Source: the human T2T-CHM13v2.0 reference genome, Homo sapiens. Taken from it: a DNA stretch of 64,000 bases. How positions within the stretch are numbered: the stretch's first letter is position 1; the number at the start of each line of letters is the position of its first letter. Positions 1-13,314 of the stretch are shown one piece after another. The stretch is from NCBI RefSeq assembly GCF_009914755.1, contig NC_060937.1; one strand, written 5' to 3'. The position numbers were made by a program, and so were the translations under genes. A model generated the notes under the pieces. It was not told the DNA's origin. It saw only the letters and a list, made by a program, of their open reading frames with translations, and did no database searches.

Positions 1-560
1 TTGAAGTGAATACTAGAAACAAAATCATCTCATCTCTAAGCATTTCCATATGTATCTCTAAAAAAATTCTTCTCTAAACAAAACTGCAATACTATTACTA
101 CATCTAAAAAACTTACAACAATCCCTTAACATCATCAAATCTCCCATGTGTTCAAACTGCCAATTGTATCATGAATGTCATATTTTCTTTTAACAAAATA
201 TTTGAGTCAGGATCCAAATAAGGTCCACACATTGCAGTAGACTTTTAAAGAAATCAACAGACTCCCCCTCCATTTCTCTTTTTTTTACCCTCTCAAAACT
301 TATTTATTGAGGAAACGTCTTTCTTTCCCGCTCTTTCCTTCAGTCTGGATGTGGCTGATTACATCTTTTTGGCGTAACGTAATATATTCCTCTAACCCCT
401 GTATTTCCTAAAAATTGGAAATTAGATAGAAAGGCCTGGTTAGATTCAGGTTTGAGCTTGTTGTTTGTTTAGTCAAGACTATTTCATACTGCTTTCTTCC
501 ATCAGAAGGGACGTAATGTCTGGGTTTCACTTTTTTTGTGCTGTGAGCAGCCACTGATGT
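1..560 (-). mobile_element. Old L1 (L1MC-like) 3' UTR fragment
   Basis: Motifs such as tttgagtcaggatccaaataaggtccacacattgca resemble L1MC4/5 3' ends; boundaries approximate. Confidence 0.5.
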
Positions 561-1084
561 TCAGCGCCAAGTCTCAGTATTTTGGGTTTTCCCAGGGCCC
601 CAGGTCCTCATTTGTTCACTGTCACTCAGTGAGCTGGGGCATCTGGTCAGACCTAAGGTCTTCAGCTTTAGCCAGCTAAGAACTTTCAGGGACCCATCAC
701 CCCAAAGTTATGCTTTTTCAGAATGATTTTGTGAAAATAAACATATTCAATTCAATTCATGAAACTTCAGTACATAAATAAAATTGTACCAAAATATAGA
801 ACAAAGACAAATTTTTAAAGTATACGAAGTCTTTCTATTCTTACTTGAAGTATACTGTTCTTACTTGATGAATGGCATCATTATTTTGAGCTTCCTTTGC
901 CATAATCAGTTTCCACTTGTTGGTTAAATACCCATTGTGTATTCTGTGCTAATTTTGCTTTACTACTTATTTAATGCTCTTTAAAAACCAGGATATCTGA
1001 ATGTGTAGATCTTGGATTTCATGCAACTGGTGTGCTGCAGTAGAACTGCAAGCAGAAGCATACCTTTACAGTTCTCTTTTCTTT

Positions 1085-2686
1085 TCTTTATTTTTTATTT
1101 TTATTTTTTGTGGGTACATAGTAGGTGTATATATTTATAGGGTACATGAGATGTTTTGATATAGGCATGCAATGCATAATAATCACATCATGGAGAATGG
1201 GTGTCCATCCTCTGAAGCATTATCCTTTGTGTTACAGACAGTTCAGTTACGCTCTTTTAGTTACTTTAAAGTGCACAATTAAATTATTATTCGCTATCAT
1301 CACCCTGTTGTGTTATCAAATACTAGGTCTTATTCATTCTTTCTAACTTTTTTTTTTACCCATTAACTATCCCCACCTCCCCACTAACCCCCCACTATCC
1401 TTCCCAGCCTCTAATAAACATCCTTCTACTCTGTGTCTATGAGTTCAATTGTTTTAATCTTTAGATCCCACAAATAAGTGAGAACATGCAATGTTTATCT
1501 TTCTGTGCTTGGCTTACTTCACTTAATGACCTCCAGTTCCATCCATGTTGTTGCAAATGACAGGATCTCATTTCTTTTTTATGGCTGAATAGTACTTCAT
1601 CGTGTATATGTGTCACATTTTCTTTATCCATTCATCTCTTGATGGACACTTAGGTTGCTTCTAAATCTTGGCTATTGTGCACAGAGCTGCAACAAATGTG
1701 GGAGTGCAGATATCTTTTCCAAATACTGATTTCCTCTCAGTATTTGGAAAAGATTGCTGGATCATATGGTAGCTCTATTTCTAGTTTTTTGAGAAACCTC
1801 CGAACTGTTCTCCATAGTGGTTGTACTAATTTACATTCCCACCAACCAGTGTATGAAGGTTCCCTTTTCTCCATATGCTTGCCAGCATTTGTTGTTGCCT
1901 GTCTTTTGGATATAAGCCATTTTAACTGGGGTGTGATGGTTTCTCACTGTAGTTTTGACTTGCATTTCTCTGATGATCAGTGATGTTGAGCACCTTTCAT
2001 ATTCATGTTTGCCATTTGTATTCTTTTAAGAAATGTCTAGTCAAGTCTTTTGCCCATTTTTTGATCGGATGATTAGATTTTTTTCCCATAGGGTTGTTTG
2101 AACTCCGTGTATATTTTGGTTCTTAATCCATGTCAGATGCATAGTTTGCAAATATTTTCTCCTGTTCTGTGGATTGTCTCTTCACTTTGTTGATTGTTTC
2201 CTTTGCTGTATGGAAGCTTTTTTTTTTTTTTTTTTTTTTTTTTGAGACGGAGTCTCACTCTGTCACCCAGGCTGGAGTGCAGTGGCGCAGTCTTGGCTCA
2301 CTGCAACCTCTGCCTCCTGGGTTCCAGCAATTCACTGCCTCAGCCTCCCAAGTGGCTGGGATTACAGGCGTGCGCCCCCAGCCCAGCTAATTTTGTATTT
2401 TTGGTAGAGACGGGATTTCACCATGTTGGTCAGCCTGGTCTCGAACTCCTGACCTCGTGATCCACCCACCTTGGTCTCCCAAAGTGCTGAGATTATAGGC
2501 GTGAGCCACCCTGCCTGGCCACTGTGTGGAAGCTTTTTAACTTGATGTGATCCCATTTGTTAATTTTTGCTTGGGTTGCCTGTGCTTGTGGGGTACTACT
2601 CAAGAAAATTTGCCCAGACCAATGTCCTGGAGATTTTCCCCAATGTTTTCTTGTACTAATTTCATATTTTGAGGTCTTAGATTTAC
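1085..2686 (-). mobile_element. L1 (L1MA-like) 3' portion, interrupted by an Alu
   Basis: T-rich tail then L1 3' UTR/ORF2-end motifs (cccacaaataagtgagaacatg, ttgctggatcatatggtag, ttacattcccaccaac). Confidence 0.88.
2218..2520 (-). mobile_element. AluS inserted in L1
   Basis: poly-T plus full Alu body ending ...ctgcctggcc; TSD ctgt(a/g)tggaagcttt. Confidence 0.95.
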
Positions 2687-2777
2687 AGGTCTCTTTTCTG
2701 AAGCAGGCCTGAGACTTACGGATCTTTCCCTTGTATTCAGATGGCTCTCTTCTGAGCTGGAGCAAGTTTGCCTCTAA

Positions 2778-3012
2778 CCTTTCCTCTCTTTTTATCTCTC
2801 TATCCTTCCTCCCCTCTTTTCTTTCTTCCTCCATCCTTCCTTTCTTCCCTTTTATTCCCTCTTTCCTTCCTTCCATCTTTCTTCCTTCCTTTTTTCCTCC
2901 CTTCCCTCCTTCCTGTCTTTATTTCTTCACTCATCCTTTCTTTCTTCCCTCTTTCTTATATTCTTTCCCTTTCTCCCTTTCTTCCTTTCATCTTTTGTTC
3001 TCTTTATTTTTT
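2778..3012. repeat. CT-rich low-complexity tract (TTCC/TTTC-like)
   Basis: ~230 nt almost entirely pyrimidine on the + strand. Confidence 0.9.
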
Positions 3013-3388
3013 AGCTACTATGGTATTCTGTCCCCTAGGTGTACTCTCAAGTCTCATCTCACTGATAAAATCTATGTTGATGCAAAGATAATCTTGGTAA
3101 TGTTAAAATGTGAACCTGATTCTCTGTTCGCAAAGCTATCTTTCCAAATGCATACAGTTATAGTCAGCCATTTAACACACCCTGATAACTTCCAACTGTG
3201 TACTAGGGGTATGGAGGAGACAGACAAGTTACAACATGGTGGGAATGCTAACAAGAATAGGTGCAAATAATGTACTGTGTGACAACTAACAGGTGACTCT
3301 GCTAGGGAAAACTGCGGGGGGGGGCTTCATCTGGGAAATGACATTTAAGCTGAGTCTTCAAAGAATATGATTAAGACAGTATATTTGT

Positions 3389-3749
<361 letters not shown>

Positions 3750-4235
3750 TTAGCATGTTATTTTATTGCAGCATTGACCCCAAGTTCTTAGCTAATGGAC
3801 TTGACTTTTATGTATAGCAACAACTTATATATATATATATCAACTTTGCTTATTGGAGAAAGTGAGCCTGACAATATGTTGTTTCCTTCATATGTATGCA
3901 AAAATGTGTAAGTGTAAAATACCATGTTTATCAGCTTCCCATCTAATTTGTAGTGGGACAAAAATAACTTTTAGGTAGGTATGGGGAGCTTTGGGATGTG
4001 GGTGGACACAGTCACCTTTCTTTCCCCGCTGTGGCAGGATCTTCTTTTAGGTAGTAGTGAAAGAGGATTGCCTTCTGTGCTCCCACTATGTGAACTCCTG
4101 AGTTGTTGTAGGGGTCTACAGACCCACAGGTGTGCTGAGTTATCATTTGTCTGAGTTTTAAGGTCTCCCATATAGATGTATTCCCATGTTTCTAGTATGT
4201 ATAAAAGAAGTATTTTTGCTACTCTAGTACAGAAC

Positions 4236-4544
4236 CTTTTTTTCCTTTTTTTTTTTTTTTTTTGAGATGGAGTCTTGCTCTGTGGCCCCAGGCTGAGTGC
4301 AGTGGCATGATCTTGGCTCACTGCAACCTCCACCTCCTGGTTCAAGCGATTCTCCCACCTCAGCCTCCCTAGTAGCTGGGATTACAGGTGCCCGCCACCA
4401 CACTCAGCTAATTTTTGTGTTTTTAGTAGAGACAGGGTTTCACCATGTTGGCCAGGCTGGTCTCAAACTCCCAACATCAGGTGATCTGCCCACCTCGGCC
4501 TCCCAAAGTCCTGGGATTATAGCCATAAGCCACCGTGCCCGGCC
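4236..4544 (-). mobile_element. AluSx-like
   Basis: poly-T plus Alu body; TSD cagaacc. Confidence 0.95.
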
Positions 4545-4956
4545 CAGAACCATTTAAAAGTATCATTGGAGCTGTAGTATTAGCTCTCTGTCATTATGTA
4601 TAGTTTTAAACAATAGATTCTAAAATAAAATTACTATCTTATATGTTTGGAGTGTGTGTGTGTGTTGGTTAAGAAGTTTTTGAACATTTCTGGAACTAAA
4701 AGGAATCTTCATAAAATAGATAATGATGATGTTTGAACAACATTTGAATGTACTTAGTGCCACTGATTTCTACACTTTAAAGTGCTAAATCTTCTGCTAT
4801 GTATATTTTACCACAATAAAAAGTATTTTTTAAAAAATTTAAAACTTAAAACAAGACATATACACAGAAAATAAAGGGATTTTCATATTTGAAAAAACTG
4901 GACACTACTGTCCTAGAACTTCTATTAATCTGGCAAATGCGTAGCCAGCACCAAGC

Positions 4957-5876
4957 GAAATGCACATGGTGGTCTCACCTACAAGCCTGAGGTTTCATCA
5001 AGAGCCTTACAAATTCCAACTACTCTGTCTCCATTGCAAAATATACAGGTTCAAAATGTGTATTCATCTAAAATACAGAGAATACTGTGTTTTTATGGGT
5101 AAACAAACATTTTCTGTTCAAAGTATACTATTTAGATATAATGAATAAATACTATATGTATTCATCAATCAACAGTGTCTGAAGGTTCACAGCATGTCAC
5201 ATGCTACATGTCAGGTGGAATGCTGCATGTCAGGCGAGCCATGCTCTGTCCTGTGACTTTAAGTGTTGAAAGAAACAGAGGTCGCTGCATTTCTGGGGCC
5301 TGCCACCTAGCAGGGATGGTGCTCGGTGCCTCACTCATGAATGTGTAATTGCACAAGATGATGACTGTGATGTGACTTTACTCTATGGTAAGGTCAGTGA
5401 AAGGACAAATACATGAGGCTTTGCAGGCATGTACAGGGAGAGACACCAGGTGTTAGGGGATGGCTCAGAGAAGGGCTTCCCTGAAGAAGTGATAGTTCAG
5501 CTGAGGTTTGAATAATGAACAAGTAGAGACAACACTCATAAGAGGAAATTAACCACATTTCCCCTCTCAGACTCGACTCTTCTCCCCAGTAGTGTGTATC
5601 GTGTGTTCTTCAGTGTTCCACCCCGGCATGTAGCATTTGACGCATTGTGAACCCTCAGTCACTGTTGAGTGATGAATAAACATATAGTATCTATTCATTA
5701 TATCTAGATAGTATACTCTGAACAGAAAATGTTACCCATAAGAACACAGTATTCTTTGTATTTTACATGAATACACATTTTGAACCTGCATATTTTGCAA
5801 TGGAGACAGAGTAGTTGATTTGTAAGGCTCTTGGTGAAACCTCAGACTTGCAGGATAAGACCACCATGTGCGTTTC
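4957..5876. repeat. Long inverted duplication: arms 4957-5225 and 5611-5876, ~385-nt spacer
   Basis: Arms align as reverse complements over ~265 nt (e.g. caactactctgtctccattgcaaaata vs tattttgcaatggagacagagtagttg). Confidence 0.95.
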
Positions 5877-6137
5877 TTCAAGAACAAAGACAGTTGGGGC
5901 AGGGGTGGGGCTTGTATATGCCTTAGGTAAGATCATCTTTGTGAGTGGAGGAGAGGATTGGAGAAATGATTAGACCCACAGTGAGAGGGTCTATGTGAGC
6001 AGGTACATATAAATGGAGTCTTGCTAGGGAACCTGCATTGGCCAAAGTAAAACTTAATATTTTTTGATATATAACTTTTGCATTGTTTCTAATCCTAAAC
6101 CAAATTTTGGATCAGAATGAACTTCCATAACAAAGAC

Positions 6138-6260
6138 ATATATATATGTGTATATACGTATATATATACAGGTTCAAAATGTGTATTCATCTAAAATACA
6201 GAGATATATATATATACACACACACATACATACACACACACTAACACATACACACACACA
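6138..6260. repeat. Compound (TA)n/(CA)n microsatellite interrupted by a 41-nt unique insert
   Basis: Directly visible. Confidence 0.9.
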
Positions 6261-6975
6261 AATAAGGGTAAGTAACATAAAATGCTCTGCTGGAGGCTTA
6301 AAAAGCAATACCGCGTGAGTTGAGTCATTTTGGAAAGGGTGAATTAGCAATATATATTATTCTATAATTAAAAATTCAAGTTGTCCGAGTTTTAAAAAGC
6401 TCTCTGAAAGAGCACAAAGAAATACGATTTTGAAAACGTATAATACAGTCAGCATAAAAGCTCTATTTCCTTTGTGTGAATGAACATTTCCCATGTAATT
6501 AATTTACTTACAATAGATACTTCAAATCCTTCTACCAGATATGTAAAAATTTCTTTCTGAAATGCATTGAAAACAGAAAACTACTCATGATGAATATTTT
6601 CCTCAGAAATTTCAGTTTGGAAAACTGAGGTCTTGCTTTGAGTTACATTTTCTGGAGTTCTCAAAATGTCAATAATGTCTGAATTAAACTCTTTGAATTG
6701 AAAAAAAAATGCTCTGCTGGAAGATCAGTTAAGGCTTCCTAATGTAAACAAAGATGTAATAATTAAGGTGAATTGTTTCTGTAGTAGACTCTTGTTACTA
6801 CTGATATTATTTTTGCAGAGAACTAGATGTGGTGCAAGAAAAATCACATGCCCCAAATTCACCAGTTACACCTAGTAAATGTATGATTGGTAGGTTCTCC
6901 CTCAGTACCAGTCTAATAAATAAACCTTACTTTGCTTCTAAATCTAGGGACTTGGAATAGTGAATTGCTTTCAAC

Positions 6976-7262
6976 TTTTTATTTTATTTTATTTATTTTT
7001 ATTTTTTAAGATGGAGTCTTGCTCTGTCACCAGGCTGGAGTGCCGTGGAGCAATCTTGGGTTCAAGTAATTCTCCTGCCTCAGCCTCCCGAGTAGCTGGG
7101 ATTACGGGCACACACCACCTTGCCCAGCTAATTTTTGTATTTTTAGTAGAGACAGGATTTCACTGTGTTGACCAGGATGGTCTCCATCTCTTGACCTCGT
7201 GTTCTGCCCGCCTCGGCCTCCCAAAGTGCTGGGATTACAGACGTGAGCCAATGCGCCTGGCC
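6976..7262 (-). mobile_element. AluS (Sc-like) with internal deletion
   Basis: (TTTTA)n tail plus Alu body lacking ~20 nt in the right arm. Confidence 0.92.
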
Positions 7263-7379
7263 GTGACTTTTTATTATCTGTCAAATCCCAAGATAAATAT
7301 TAAATTTTTCAAATAAATTTTACGGTTTTTATTATGTTGTTGCCATTGAAGACATAGGACCACTTATAGCATCAGATTC

Positions 7380-8590
7380 TTTTTATAAAATTGGCAAATA
7401 AGTTTATTTATGGTGTTACAACATGATGTTTTGATATATGTATAATGAGTAAATCAAGCTAATTAACATTTCTATCACATTACGTAAATTTTTTTTGTGA
7501 TGAGAACATTTAAAAATCTACTTTCTCAGCAGTTTTCAAGTATACAATGTATCTTAGTCCATTCAGGCTGCTATAACAAATTACTATAAAATAAATGGCT
7601 TATCAACAATAGACATCTACTGCTCAGAGTTTTGGATACCCAGAAGTCCAAGATCAAAGCACGGGGATATTTGGTTGCTGGTGAGTTCCCCCTTTCTTTA
7701 TAGATGGTGCCTTCCCGCTGCATCTTCACATGGCAGAAGGGGAGAACAAGCTCCTTAGGACCTCTTACTGATCCCACTCAGGAGGGTTCTGCCCTCGTGA
7801 TTTAATCTCCTCCCAAAGGCCCCACCTCTTAACACCATCACCTTGAAGGTTTCAGCGTATGAATTTTTGGGGGATACATTGAGGCCATAGCACAATACAT
7901 TATTAACTGCAGTCACCATGCTATACAGTAGCTCTCCAGAACTTATTCTTCCTATCTAAATGAAACTCTGTACTCTTTGATCAACATCTTCCATTTCCTC
8001 TCATTCCTCTCTCGCCAGCCCCTGGTAACTACCATTCTAGTCTCTGCTTCCATGAATTTGACTTTTGTTGATTTCAGGTTTATGTGAGATTGTGCAGTAT
8101 TTGTCTTTCTGTGCCTGGCTTATACACTCAGCATAATAATAATACTCCAGGTTCGTCCATGTTGTCAAAAATAACAGGATTTCCTTCTTTTTTAAGGCTA
8201 AATCGTCTTCCATTGTATCTATATGTAGCACATTTTCTTTATCCATTCATCCACTGATGGATACTTAGACTGACTCTATATTTTGGTTATTGTGAATAAT
8301 GCTGCAGTTAACATGAGCATGCAGATATCTTTCAAGATACTGATTTCATTTTCTTTGGATACATACCCAGAAGCTGAATTGCTGGATCATATGGTAGTTC
8401 TATTTTTAATTTTTTGAAAATCCTCCATACTTTTTTCCACAGTGGCTCCACTAATTTACATTCCCACTAACAATATACAAGAGTTCTCTTTTCTCTACAT
8501 GTTTGCCAACATTTATTATCTTTTGTCTTTTTGATAAAAGTCCTTATGACAGGTATGAGGTGATATCTCATTGTAGTTTTGAGTTTCCCT
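7380..8590 (-). mobile_element. L1MA-like 3' end, interrupted by a MaLR LTR
   Basis: aaatcaagctaattaacat, gtcaccatgctatacagtag, ttgctggatcatatggtag motifs. Confidence 0.85.
7550..7892 (-). mobile_element. MLT1A-like MaLR solo LTR
   Basis: tatcttagtccattcaggctgctataac...gaggccatagca termini; 5-bp TSD caat(g/a). Confidence 0.85.
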
Positions 8591-8846
8591 AAGTATCAGA
8601 TTCTTAATGTTTTGGTCAAAGAGACATGTATTAAGATGAATAGCAAGAGTCGTGGCAGTAATGATCAAACATAACTACTATGGTTACAATACCTAAGGGA
8701 GAATACCTCACTCATTTAAAAATTGGTGCCTCCTGATTCCATAATGAGAGAAATGAGTGAGAAAAAATGGAACAATAATGGCATTTCTTTTATACTATTT
8801 AAGAGACTCTAATAATTATTCTTGCATATATTCTTTTTCTTTCTAG

Positions 8847-8900
8847 GAAAAGCCATTGACGAAATCTCTGCAACGTGGAGAAGACCCCCAATTTGATCAG
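8847..8900 (+). CDS. FRY: FRY coding exon (probable exon 3), 54 nt, phase 0/0: EKPLTKSLQRGEDPQFDQ
   Basis: ttctttttctttctag|GAA acceptor, CAG|gtatgt donor; peptide matches recalled FRY N-terminus and joins in frame to the next exon. Confidence 0.93.
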
Positions 8901-10264
8901 GTATGTGATATATATGTTATATACTAGTTTTCCTTTATTTCAGCATTCACGCAAGGCAAGGTCTGCATGCTCACTATTGTTGTATGGATGAACATCCTCA
9001 AAAAGTATATGGGTATGTGGTCTTAAGAACTGTACCCTGCAGTTTTCATGGTTGTGGTTTATAGCTGTTCAGTAAATGTCTATTGGTTAGAATCAAAAAG
9101 AACTGGAAAGTATTGGGATAATATGAGTAGGTCTTCAATTGATTATTTCCTAAATCTTTACATATCAGAATTAAAGAAACCAAGAAAAGAGAGTTTAAAG
9201 GAAATTCCATTCGTTTAAAAACTTGAGATTCTTCTAAATGAATGATACTAGGTGATGATCAGATCTCTGCACTAGAGCTTATTCTTGTTTTCATGCAACA
9301 TTTTTTTGAAGGCCTACTATTTGCTTGACGCTGTGCTAGGTACTGGTGATACAAAATCTAAGATAACTTTTAGGTCTTCAAGAATTCAGAGTCTTGTGAG
9401 AAAGATACTACCTCAAAATAAGTATAAAACAGTATAGGATCTTAGATTCTAATAGAGAAAATAATACATGAACAAAATGATTTAAGACAGAATAAATACA
9501 AGGTAAGTCCTTTGAAAATAGGTTAGGACTAGTAAAGAACATTCAACTCTAAACAGTAGGTAATAAACATATGAAATCAGGATCTGATAGATTCTGGTTC
9601 AGTAACCAGGAAGGCCCTAGGCATGTTTAAAAATGATGGATAACAGGACATCCAAGGAGGCTGGAGGTATGTTTGTGAAGTTTCCTAAACTTTTGCAGTT
9701 AATGACAAAAAGGACATTATGTTCTTCAAAAACCTCAGTTGGTGCCAACGTCAGACACAAAATACTGCTAGATATTCCCTGGCTTGTGGTAGTACGGTGT
9801 TTTTATGGTCTAATGAAAACCACACAGGGTGTACACTTTCTGTCGGGCTTTGAAACTGCCTTTAATATGAAATCCAGAGGAAGTCTCCCTGGCTGTACAA
9901 ATTTAGACTTGTATGATCCAGAAACACCATGACTGTACAGACAAAATCCTTTGTTTTCTATTTTATGAGCTGTTCTGTGAAGGAGACCTCACAGGTTTAT
10001 GCTCACAGCCAGCCCTGCAAGGGTGGCGTGGCTCTGGGCTAGCTCTGTTGCCAGCCAAGCTAGCCATTTTCCAGAAGGCTGGTGAAATGGAAGATGGGCC
10101 TCATCTCTTTGTGCCATGACACTATCTTCTTTTGTCACATTGTCCATTGTTGTTGTCACCTGGCAGGTGCCGAGGTGGTCAGAGACCCTTGGTGAATACG
10201 GTATATGATGTTTGGGGTTACCATTTTGGAAATGTGGCAAGTTGTGGCTTTTTAAGAATAAATA

Positions 10265-10857
<593 letters not shown>

Positions 10858-11196
10858 GTACATACTTATCACCTGTCTTTTATTAGCTTTCCACTCTATT
10901 TTATATTCTTTGTCTCTTTATCTTATTAAATTATCACTGTCCTTTCTTCAAAAACATTTTTCTCCAGCTTAATGTACCTCTCTTTATCCTCTGAGAAAAT
11001 CGTTCTAAATTTTAACTTTGCAGATAATAGTAATCCCAAATAACTAGGCTTAAACACAATTTCTTATTTGTTACTCAGCTTTCTATTTCTGAATCTCAGT
11101 ATTGTGGAAAAGACATGACCTTTGGAATTAGACAAACCTGGGTTTAAATCCCACCTTTGTCACTTAATTAGCTATATCACTTTTAACTTTGCGTCT

Positions 11197-11345
11197 CCAA
11201 GTGTTGTCCATGGATCTGTGTCATCAGCATCACCTGGGAGCTTGCTAGAAATGCAGACTGTTAGCCTGGCCCCAGAACTGCTGCATCCGCCACCTAACAA
11301 AACTCCCAGGTGACTCACATGCACATTAACGCTTGAGAAGCCCTG
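11197..11345. mobile_element. MER5-like hAT DNA transposon relic, preceded by a MIR fragment
   Basis: catcagcatcacctgggagcttgctagaaatgcaga...cccaggtgactc motif. Confidence 0.75.
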
Positions 11346-11538
11346 CCCTGTAACATATCTCTATGTATTAAAGACACTTTAAGTGTGAACCAATAGTAAG
11401 ATGGTCACTAAGAACTTTCAAATAGGTCACATAGGATTGTCCTCTGATCATTACATCATAAACTCACAAATGAACTGTGAGAGAGGACAAGCCACAAAAT
11501 CTAGTCCAGTTTTAAAGTGATAGCAAGACTTTCAGGCC

Positions 11539-11906
11539 TGATATGGTTTGGCTGTGTCCCCACCCAAATCTCTCCTCGAATTGTAGCTCCCATAATTCCC
11601 ACATGTCATGGGAGGGACCCAGTGAGAGGTAATCAAATCATGGGGGGCCAGTCTTCCCCATGCTATTCTCATGATAGTGAATAAATCTCATGAGATTTGA
11701 TGGTTTTATAAAGAAGAGTTCCCCTGCATATGCTCTCTCTTGCCTGCTGCCATTGTAAGACGTGACTTTGCTCCTCATTCACCCCTGTGCCATGATTGTG
11801 CAGCCTCCCAGCCATGCAGAACCGTGAGCCAATTAAACTTCTTTCCTTTATAAATTACCCAGTTTCTGGTATGTCTTTATTAGCAGCGTGAGAACAGACT
11901 AATATA
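11539..11906 (+). mobile_element. THE1 (MaLR) solo LTR, sense to FRY
   Basis: tgatatggtttggctgtgtcccc...gaacagactaatata termini; TSD a(g/a)gcc. Confidence 0.93.
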
Positions 11907-11994
11907 AAGCCATAGAGAAACTTGACTAAGGTTGGTCCACCTGTAGATTCAGTGGGGAAAAAGTTGGCAAAGCATAATAGCTTTTGAAGGTGCT

Positions 11995-12332
11995 TACTGT
12001 GGTTCAAATGTGTACCCTCCAAAATTCAGCTGCTGTTAATGTGATAGTATCAAGAGGTAGGGCCTTTAAGTGGTAATTTTCCCATGAGGGCCCCTCCCTT
12101 GTGAATGGGGTTAGGTGCTCTTATAAAAGGTCTTGACAGAGGGAGCTCCTCTCTTTTGGTCCTTTCTCCATGTGAGGACACAGTGTTCAAGGAGCCATCT
12201 TGGAAGTAGAGACCGAACCTTCACCAGACAGTGAACCTGCTGGTGACTTGATCTTGGACTTCCCAGCCTCCAGAACTGTGATGAGTACATTTTTGTTCTT
12301 TATCAATTACCAATCTCAGCAGCACTAAAACA
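11995..12332 (+). mobile_element. MST/MLT1A-like MaLR solo LTR
   Basis: cttgatcttggacttcccagcctccagaactgtga motif; perfect 5-bp TSD gtgct. Confidence 0.88.
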
Positions 12333-12923
12333 GTGCTCATCTGCTGTTTCAACCAACAAACTATAAGAATTTCAGTTCCATTGGTAAGGCCATGAATATA
12401 GCAAGGTCTCTTAGTCCTTTGGCATTAAACATTCAAATTATATAGTTTTATTCCAAACAGTAGGATTTTAATCTGGGTTGCCACAGAAGTCTGTCTATGG
12501 GAAAAGAATATGCTGGAGATGCCACCTTGAGTGGTTCAGACTCCATTGCTATAATTGTAGGAGTAGTTGTAATAGTAGAGATAGCATTTATTTAGTACTT
12601 ATATGTGATAGGTACTATGCTAAGTGCATCCTTTGAACAACATACAGTTGGTTCCTGTTTAAATGATATTTGTATCAAGTTCTTTCTTCTAAATGTCACT
12701 GGCATGAACAACAGGGTATATAGAGCTAGGTATCTACTGTTTCACTGACTAATCCTGAATGGCCCTTTTTACTCCTCTACCTAACCAGCCCATGATTCAT
12801 TTTCTTCTTGCTAGAAATAGAAGCAAAAAAAAATTCATGTAATACTTTATAGTTTACCCAGCCCCTTCTCATATTATCTCACCTGACATCACTCAGTCCT
12901 TCCAGCAACTCCAAGAAGGTATT

Positions 12924-13129
12924 ATCTCTATATTAAATATAATATAATAATATTAAATATAATATTAAATTATACTAACATTAAATATAATATATTAATA
13001 TTAAGTTAAATTATATTAACATTAAATATACTATTGTATTAATATTAATACACTATTATGTTAATATTAAATATATCTATAGGATATATAACATTATATT
13101 TACTATGATATTATATTTAATATAGAGAT
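12924..13129. repeat. AT-rich expansion bounded by a 22-bp inverted repeat, within a MIR-like relic
   Basis: atctctatattaaatataatat ... atattatatttaatatagagat. Confidence 0.85.
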
Positions 13130-13314
13130 GATAATAATGGTGAGTCTCAGAAGTTTCCCAATATTATATGACTAAAACCTGAAGGAGCCAAGACTGTAAT
13201 TTATTGTTTCTGACAATACAGCCTGTGCTTTTTACTCCATAATCTTTGTTTCTAAAAACTAGGTTGATGAGAGTTCAGAGGGAAGTTTTCAGCAGGTAAA
13301 GGATCTAAAATCTT

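Noticed and set aside
2493-3270. Long ORFs of 127-179 aa (F/L/P/S-rich or E/K/R-rich)
   Set aside because: They result from the CT-rich tract and L1/Alu sequence lacking stops; no exon structure or protein-like composition
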